A DNA stretch of 64,000 nucleotides from an uncultured delta proteobacterium. GTDB taxonomy: Bacteria; Desulfobacterota; Binatia; UBA9968. Under the pieces are notes generated by a model, which was not told the DNA's origin, did no database searches, and was given only the letters and a program-made list of their open reading frames with translations. Below, one piece after another: positions 58,089-64,000 of the stretch (position 1 is its first letter; each line of letters starts with the position of its first letter). The DNA lies in contig CAVUVW010000013.1 in assembly GCA_963745035.1 (NCBI GenBank), positions 1,856,001-1,920,000 of the forward strand. The letters run 5' to 3'. The position numbers and the translations under genes are program-made.

Positions 58089-58961
58089 TTAGTTCAAAAT
58101 ATGGACCAAGAACGCTTGGGCTCCCTCCTCCTGCCGCACCCGACGAAATACGTTCAGCGACGCTTTCCTCGAAGCGAAAATTCCAAACACCGATGAGCCG
58201 CTACCCGACATTAAAACCCCTGGTGCGCCCCCGCGCAATAGCTTTCTCTTTAATGCCGCGATTTTAGGGTAGCGTTTGAAGGTCACATCTTCCAGGTCGT
58301 TTTGCAGCCGGCGTGCAAGTTCGTCGAAGCTCTTCGGCGAAGTCGCAATGCTAGTATTTACGATACTTTTTGTCAACTTTTCGCCCAACTTTCGATAGAC
58401 CCAGGCGGTCGAGACGGGAAATCCCGGATAGACGATGACACACCAAAAATATGGCAGGTCGGGGAGCCGCCGCAGCTTCTCGCCAATGCCGCGCGCCCGC
58501 GCCGGCTTGCTCCGTATAAAAAAAGGCACGTCAGCCCCAAGCACGAGCGCCATCTTCTCCAACTGGTTCGTCGACAGGCGCAGCTTGAGCAGCCGGTTGA
58601 GCCCGATCAAGGTCGCCGCGGCGTCGCTGCTCCCGCCGCCCAAACCGGCGCCGACCGGAATATTCTTCCTTATGCGAATCCACACCGGCTGCGCTTTGCG
58701 GTGTTTTTTCATGATGAGCGCGGCGGCGCGGTAGACGAGATTGGTCCTATCCTGCGGAACCGACGGATGATCGCAGCGGACTTGGATCAGCTCATCATTA
58801 AATTTGAATTGTCGCTCGGACAGTCGTCGCGCCTTGCGCAGCTCGATCTCGTCGTACAGCGATACGGGAACGATGACGGTGTCGAGCAAATGATATCCGT
58901 CCGCGCGCCGGCCGACGACGCGCAAGCTCAAATTGATTTTTGCCGGCGCTCGAATCTTCAC
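58089..58961 (-). CDS. ispE: 4-diphosphocytidyl-2-C-methyl-D-erythritol kinase
   Basis: APAKINL, DGYH, KNIPVGAGLGGGSSDAA, GADVPFF, MSGSG. Confidence 0.96.
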   Translation of the reverse strand: MKIRAPAKINLSLRVVGRRADGYHLLDTVIVPVSLYDEIELRKARRLSERQFKFNDELIQVRCDHPSVPQDRTNLVYRAAALIMKKHRKAQPVWIRIRKNIPVGAGLGGGSSDAAATLIGLNRLLKLRLSTNQLEKMALVLGADVPFFIRSKPARARGIGEKLRRLPDLPYFWCVIVYPGFPVSTAWVYRKLGEKLTKSIVNTSIATSPKSFDELARRLQNDLEDVTFKRYPKIAALKRKLLRGGAPGVLMSGSGSSVFGIFASRKASLNVFRRVRQEEGAQAFLVHILN

Positions 58962-59007
58962 GCGCCATTAGTTAACATAGCGCTCACTCGATTGCGAAAG
59001 AGGTTCA

Positions 59008-59811
59008 GTGAGCCACGATATTTCGAAACTCTTGAATACGGCGTGGCAGGCCGCCAACGCCGCCGGCGAGCTCATCCGCGATCATTGGCACCAGGCGAAG
59101 ACCATCGACTACAAAGGCCCGATTGACCTCGTCACCTCCACGGACCAAGGCGCGGAACGGATCATCGTCGAGATCTTGCAACGCGAATTCCCCGACCATG
59201 CGATCTTGGCGGAAGAAGAAACCCGGCTTGCCGGGGGGTCTCACGAATATCGCTGGATCGTCGATCCTCTCGACGGCACCACCAACTTCGCCCACGGCTA
59301 CCCGCAAGTCTCCGTGTCGATCGCGCTGGAATTTCGCGACGAGGTCATTTTAGGACTGGTTTACGATCCGCTGCGACGCGAGTGCTTCAGAGCAGTGAAG
59401 GGCGAAGGCGCGACTTTGAACGGCGCGCGCGTACAGACTTCCGTCGTACCCGAATTGGACAAGGCCCTCCTCGCCACCGGCTTTCCCTACGACCGGCGCG
59501 AGAACACGGATTTCTATTTGAGCTTCTTCAAAGCGTTTCTCACCCGTTGCCAGGGAATCCGGCGCGCCGGCTCGGCCGCGCTCGACCTCTGCTACGTCGC
59601 CGCCGGCAGGCTCGACGGTTTTTGGGAGCTGAAGCTCAACCCCTGGGACGTTGCCGCCGGCGCCCTGATCGTCGCCGAGGCCGGCGGCTCGATCAGTAAT
59701 TTCTCCGGCGCGGAATTTTCGATTCACGGCAACGAAACCCTCGCATCGAACGGAGTCATACACAACGAAATGGTGAGCGTGCTCAGGACAGTGGCAACTC
59801 GCGTTGACTGA
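59008..59811 (+). CDS. suhB: Inositol monophosphatase family protein
   Basis: DLVT..D, EE, DPLDGTTNF, GSAALDL, WD.AAG. Confidence 0.93.
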   Translation: MSHDISKLLNTAWQAANAAGELIRDHWHQAKTIDYKGPIDLVTSTDQGAERIIVEILQREFPDHAILAEEETRLAGGSHEYRWIVDPLDGTTNFAHGYPQVSVSIALEFRDEVILGLVYDPLRRECFRAVKGEGATLNGARVQTSVVPELDKALLATGFPYDRRENTDFYLSFFKAFLTRCQGIRRAGSAALDLCYVAAGRLDGFWELKLNPWDVAAGALIVAEAGGSISNFSGAEFSIHGNETLASNGVIHNEMVSVLRTVATRVD

Positions 59812-59871
59812 TTCCCGGCAGGGTGATAGAAATTTTTTGGAATTTAGCTCTGAATTTTCATTTCTTCTCGC

Positions 59872-59946
59872 GCGCCCGTAGTGAAAAGGATATCACGAGG
59901 GTCTCCGGAACCCTAAGTACAGGTTCGATTCCTGTCGGGCGCACCA
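59872..59946 (+). tRNA. tRNA-Arg(CCG)
   Basis: GCGCCCG/CGGGCGC acceptor stem, GTGA/TCAC D-stem, AGGGT-CTCCGGA-ACCCT anticodon arm, GGTTCGATTCC, encoded CCA. Confidence 0.95.
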
Positions 59947-60018
59947 ATCTCAAGACTCGGACAGCCCGAATCCTTGAAAGCCGGCTCATGGCGGACCGGC
60001 GATCAATTGCAATGGAAA

Positions 60019-60540
60019 CTAAATCTTGCCCTTTTGCCGAAGTTGGTGAATGCGTTTTTGCAGAAACGCATCCGGGTCTTGCGAGTCTGGAAACTCGGGG
60101 AGAGCTTCGGCGGCGGCTCCAAGATCGAGCAGACGCCGATGAATGGCGGCGAGATCGGTATATGCTTTTTGCGACGCGTCGATTTGCACGACGCAGTCCG
60201 TCAGGCTTCGATCGATGCGCGCCACGCACTCGTCCAGTGCGGTTTGTTCCTGCTTTGCGAGTTGGCGCAAGCGCTCCGATTCCGTGCCGATGGTCTGAAG
60301 CGCCAGCGGTCGCAGGCGCTCTTCGATCTGCGCTTGCATGTCACGCAGCATGCGCAGCAAATCTTCGAATGGAGGATCTTCAGCGGTCGTTTTTGCGCCG
60401 ACCGGAGGCGAGGTTTCCGGCGACGCGGCTGGCTCCCTGATCGAGCCGATGGCCGATTGAATGCGGGAGATTCGTTCCAGCAAGTTGCTGGGATCATCGA
60501 GCAGATGCTGAAGCTGCCGGATGGGGTCTTGTTCTGCCAC
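60019..60540 (-). CDS. Hypothetical alpha-helical/coiled-coil protein
   Basis: 173-aa ORF 35 nt downstream of the HTH gene, L/E/Q/R-rich heptads; no family recognised. Confidence 0.6.
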   Translation of the reverse strand: MAEQDPIRQLQHLLDDPSNLLERISRIQSAIGSIREPAASPETSPPVGAKTTAEDPPFEDLLRMLRDMQAQIEERLRPLALQTIGTESERLRQLAKQEQTALDECVARIDRSLTDCVVQIDASQKAYTDLAAIHRRLLDLGAAAEALPEFPDSQDPDAFLQKRIHQLRQKGKI

Positions 60541-60575
60541 GAGTAAACTATCCGAGCCGGGAAATAAAACGCGAG

Positions 60576-60791
60576 CTACTTCGCGGCGGCTACGGCGCGC
60601 GGCGCGTCATCGGCGTCGGCTAAACCCATGGATTTCGTCGAAACCAGTTCGAGCACATCGGTCCTGCTGAATCTCCAGCTCCGGCCGATGCGGTTGCCTG
60701 GAATGATGCCTTTCTCTGCGAGCTTGTAAACGGTCTTGAGATGGATCTTGAGCAGCGAGGCAACCTCCGAAGGCGTCATAATTTCTTCCAT
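60576..60791 (-). CDS. Stand-alone excisionase-family (HTH_17) DNA-binding protein
   Basis: IMT..EVA..L..H.KTVY..A..G.IP...IG.SWRF; AAGGAG RBS. Confidence 0.88.
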   Translation of the reverse strand: MEEIMTPSEVASLLKIHLKTVYKLAEKGIIPGNRIGRSWRFSRTDVLELVSTKSMGLADADDAPRAVAAAK

Positions 60792-60848
60792 CGCATGAAT
60801 CTCCTTTTCTCTTTTTCCCGAAATGGGAGCACGTCGTTGCAGTTGCAA

Positions 60849-60865
60849 CGCATGACTTATGCCAG
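60849..60865 (-). promoter_or_regulatory. Sigma-54 (-24/-12) promoter
   Basis: Minus strand CTGGCATAAGTCATGCG = GG-N10-GC. Confidence 0.65.
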
Positions 60866-61100
60866 TCCCTGCCAGCCTGATGACCCATCAGATAAGATTT
60901 GATTTTACCGAAACTTTCCGCGCGCAGGTGAACAAATGGACCCGCTGCCGCAAAAGCGTGGCAGCGCCCATCGGCTGGACAAAATTGGCCGCTTAGTGCA
61001 GTTTTTGGCAGCGCGATGGTAGCCGAGGCGAATTCTTTAAGCGCTTCGGACGACCGGCGTGGCATTTACAGGCAAGAGAGACGGTACAGCCGAAGAATCG

Positions 61101-62594
61101 CTAGTCCCTCTGAAATCGGCTAACCGAGTGACGCGCCTGCACCTGGGCCAATTGCTTCTCCCACTTCTTCGAGTATTCGCTGCGGGTATCGTCGCTGATC
61201 GCGCTGGTCGCGGGAAACTTGTCGCGCCATTCCCAGGGCCGCACCGCTTCGATGATCATGCGCGAGTTGTGGCCCTTCTGCCCCGGCTGGATGATTGGGT
61301 CGAGCGGGCCGCTCCAGGTGCGGCGCAGGATATCGACGGAAGTCGCCGGATCTGAACGCGTCGCGATCGCCCACAACACTTCGTTGGTGTCGGTGATGTC
61401 GATATCGTCATCGACCACCACAACGTAGCGACCTAGATAGGCCCCGGCATGGCACTGACAGGCGATCAACGCCGCCTGTTTGGCGTGCCCGGGGTAGCGC
61501 TGCTTGATCGCTACAACGATCATGAACCGCTGTGCCGGCGGCGGCAGATAAACGCCCTTGATGTCCGGCACGCCGGCTTGCTCCATGCCGTTCCAAACCG
61601 TCGCCGCGCGCAAGCACGAACGATACATGCCGTGGATCGTCGGCTTGAACGGCGCCGCGCCGCAGATGATCGGATCGTTGCGATGATAGAGTGCCTTCAC
61701 GCGGACAAACGGCTCGGCACGCTGCGCGCTCGCGTAGTAACCGGGCCATTCGCCGAACGGCCCTTCCTGCATGGATTCGCCGGGAACGATCTCGCCTTCG
61801 ATGACGAACTCCGCGCTGGCGGGAAAATGCAGGCCGGTCACCGGTCCCTCGATGACGTCGATCGGCTGGCCGATGAGGCCGCCCGCCCAGTCGTATTCGT
61901 TGACGCCGAAGGGCACGGCTTGCGATGCCGCGATGTAAAGCAGCGGATGCTGGCCGAAGGCCATCGCGACAGGAAACGTCTTGCCCGCCTTCATGGCCTT
62001 TTCATAATGCATCTTGCCGTGCTTGCCCGGCGAAATGTAAAGACCGACCTTGTCCTTGTCCTGCAGCATGACGCGGTAGCAGCCGACGTTTTCCACGCCG
62101 GTTTCAGGATCGCGCGTGACCACCAGATGGGCCGTGCCCAAATAGCGCCCGCCATCGCCGGCATGCCAGCGCGGCACGGGAAACTTCATCAGATCGACAT
62201 CGGCGCCGCGCGCGATGTTTTCGAAGACGGGGCCGGTTTTGACCACGTTGGCTTTGATCGGCTGCATCGACCGCAAGCGCGCGCGCAGCGCATCGATGAG
62301 AGGAATGATCTTCAAGTCCATCGGTAAACTGAGCGTCAATGCGGTACGCTCCAGCGTTTCGAGCATATTGGAGAGCACGCGCCGCCCAGGGTCAAAACCG
62401 GGGACGTTGTCGAAAACCACGGCCGGCGGCGTGGAGATTCTTTCCAGGATGATCTCGGTAAGCGCGCCGATCTCGAGATCCCAGTGAGCGCCGGAGATCT
62501 GCTCGAGCTGCTCGAGGCGCTTGACCTCTTTCAGCCAGTCGCGGAGATCGCAAGAGTAGGTTTGCTCGGATTTGATTGCGGCCGCGGTTGCCAT
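61101..62594 (-). CDS. UbiD-family prFMN-dependent (de)carboxylase
   Basis: DLR.W, EIGA, DGGRY, N.G.YR, EGPFGEWPGYY, VDDDID, WA.ATR. Confidence 0.92.
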   Translation of the reverse strand: MATAAAIKSEQTYSCDLRDWLKEVKRLEQLEQISGAHWDLEIGALTEIILERISTPPAVVFDNVPGFDPGRRVLSNMLETLERTALTLSLPMDLKIIPLIDALRARLRSMQPIKANVVKTGPVFENIARGADVDLMKFPVPRWHAGDGGRYLGTAHLVVTRDPETGVENVGCYRVMLQDKDKVGLYISPGKHGKMHYEKAMKAGKTFPVAMAFGQHPLLYIAASQAVPFGVNEYDWAGGLIGQPIDVIEGPVTGLHFPASAEFVIEGEIVPGESMQEGPFGEWPGYYASAQRAEPFVRVKALYHRNDPIICGAAPFKPTIHGMYRSCLRAATVWNGMEQAGVPDIKGVYLPPPAQRFMIVVAIKQRYPGHAKQAALIACQCHAGAYLGRYVVVVDDDIDITDTNEVLWAIATRSDPATSVDILRRTWSGPLDPIIQPGQKGHNSRMIIEAVRPWEWRDKFPATSAISDDTRSEYSKKWEKQLAQVQARHSVSRFQRD

Positions 62595-62628
62595 GATAAT
62601 TTCTCCCTTTCGTTTACGGAGGAATATT

Positions 62629-63633
62629 TTATTCGACCATCTTCAGCGTGCTCGGACAGAAAATCTCTTCCGGCGCAATCCGCCGCGCCGTGATGCCCTG
62701 CGCGTCGCAATAGGCGAGGAATCTCTCGAGTACATGCCTGTTCGCTTCCAAACCGTACGCCCAGGGATCGGTCTTGAAGATGTCTCGTTCTTCGGCGAGG
62801 TAGTGATGGGGCCAGGCTTCCACCAAACTCGGAATCGACCGCCGCCAGCGCTGCGCCCAGCGCTTGGCATCAGTGTAGAGCCTAAATAACTTCTCGGGCA
62901 GCTCCGGATACCGCTCGACCACGTGCTTCTGCAGAGCGAGCACGTGCATGATCGGGAGGATTCGGGTGTTGCGGAAGTAGGCGGCTTCGACCTCGCGAGA
63001 GTCGTCGAACAATTTTCTGACCGAACTGTCGGCGAGCAAAGTCGTCAACTGCGACTCGGTCACACCCAGCGCGTCGACTTGGCCGTCGAAGAGCGCGTGG
63101 CAAGCGCGTTCGCTGGTGTTCTTGCCGCCGTTTTCGATCACGCGGATTACCGAGCCATCGCGCGGCTCCACGGTGGCGCCGGGATCATGGTCATCCCAGT
63201 GATGCATTGATGCCACATACCACTGGGAATTCTTCGCCGAGACACCGTATTCGTCGACGAGCATGCCGCGCATCCAGATCGCCGCCGTCTGCACCCAACG
63301 GAGAAAGCCCAATTTCCTGCCGTTCAGATCCTCCGGCCGAGTGATGCCGGCATCCTTGCGCACGAAAATGAAGCCGTGGCGAAACATGCGCGAGGGAAAA
63401 ACCGGAACCGCGACAAAGTCTGCTTTGCCTCTCGAAGTGTAATAGATCAATTCGCCGAGCGACATCTCGGAAACGTCGTACTGTCCTTTGAACATGCCGG
63501 CGAACATCCCCGGCACGTCTTCGGTTTCGGTGATGTCGAATTCGATGCCGGGAATTTTCATCTGGCCGCGCAGGATCGGTAACACGCCGTCGTAAGCGCG
63601 GCTGGCAAGGCGAATCTTCGTGGGGGAAGCCAT
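62629..63633 (-). CDS. 4,5-dihydroxyphthalate decarboxylase-like (SBP-fold) protein
   Basis: YD, DVSEMSL, PVFPSR.FRH, TAA.W.RG.L, PIMH, DPWAYG..AN. Confidence 0.82.
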   Translation of the reverse strand: MASPTKIRLASRAYDGVLPILRGQMKIPGIEFDITETEDVPGMFAGMFKGQYDVSEMSLGELIYYTSRGKADFVAVPVFPSRMFRHGFIFVRKDAGITRPEDLNGRKLGFLRWVQTAAIWMRGMLVDEYGVSAKNSQWYVASMHHWDDHDPGATVEPRDGSVIRVIENGGKNTSERACHALFDGQVDALGVTESQLTTLLADSSVRKLFDDSREVEAAYFRNTRILPIMHVLALQKHVVERYPELPEKLFRLYTDAKRWAQRWRRSIPSLVEAWPHHYLAEERDIFKTDPWAYGLEANRHVLERFLAYCDAQGITARRIAPEEIFCPSTLKMVE

Positions 63634-63670
63634 GGATGGAACCGGCTCTTATGGAGGCGAACCGCGGCCC

Positions 63671-64000
63671 CTAGTTTGCCGCTTCTTCCCGATAGAGCTG
63701 CAGCGAGTCCATGATCGGCCGATCGTTGATCGAGAAAAGCACCGCTTCGCCATTGCTGACGTTCTCATGCGCGTGCCACTGCCAAAGCGGCACAATGAAG
63801 CTATCGCCTCTTTGCCAATCGAGATAACCCTCGCCGACGCGAGTGCGGCCCTGGCCACGTACCACATGGTAGATCGCCGTGCTGGTATGGCGATGCGCCT
63901 GCGTCGCTTCCTTTCCTTTGAGAAGCTGCACTTCGCAGGACATAGTCGGATATGTATAGCCGCCGGTCGCGGGATTGATATAGCGCAATAACCGTCCATC
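63671..64000 (-). CDS. Gentisate 1,2-dioxygenase-like cupin (C-terminal part; runs off the window)
   Basis: Y.NP.TGG...PT, HRHTS..IY.V..G.G, W..GD.F.VP.W..H.H, D.P. Confidence 0.8.
   Translation of the reverse strand, partial: DGRLLRYINPATGGYTYPTMSCEVQLLKGKEATQAHRHTSTAIYHVVRGQGRTRVGEGYLDWQRGDSFIVPLWQWHAHENVSNGEAVLFSINDRPIMDSLQLYREEAAN

Noticed and set aside
59872-60865. Prophage or integrative element at tRNA-Arg with an excisionase
   Set aside because: No integrase and no duplicated tRNA 3' end seen; the HTH has a sigma-54 promoter instead.

Overview
GC-rich bacterial chromosome segment, probably a deltaproteobacteria-like metagenome-assembled genome. The ispE-spoVG-tRNA-Gln-prs-rplY-pth-rpsF-rpsR-DUF2232-rplI block and the many stand-alone NMT1/THI5-type binding proteins, cupins and amidohydrolases resemble Candidatus Binatia; this is inference, not proven. 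Contents in order: yhaM fragment, yggT, yggS, Spy-like protein, fumC, MFS, TPP enzyme, nadX; an A1-type aa3 cytochrome c oxidase operon; a catabolic SBP/ADH/SDR/amidohydrolase operon; MEMO-SufT-Mrp; twin glycine-zipper lipoproteins; plsY; a bicupin; a complete Na+-pumping acyl-CoA decarboxylase operon; a sensor kinase; a ~15 kb locus with two moeA genes, two divergent tungsten-oxidoreductase (AOR/WOR) paralogs, a 4Fe-4S subunit and atypical catabolic genes; lsrF; the ribosomal/housekeeping block; tRNA-Gln(TTG) and tRNA-Arg(CCG); and a UbiD/PhtD-like/cupin operon cut by the window end. About 9 genes carry mostly single-base insertions that look like long-read errors. Best leads: (1) the non-canonical WOR locus; (2) intergenic tandem-inverted short repeats with 7-, 8- and 9-nt periods, the 9-mer type found only in front of WOR-locus genes; (3) two stand-alone excisionase/BldC-like HTH genes, each behind a sigma-54 promoter; (4) a PqqD/RRE-like domain fused to MEMO. 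No CRISPR, rRNA or autonomous transposase was seen.
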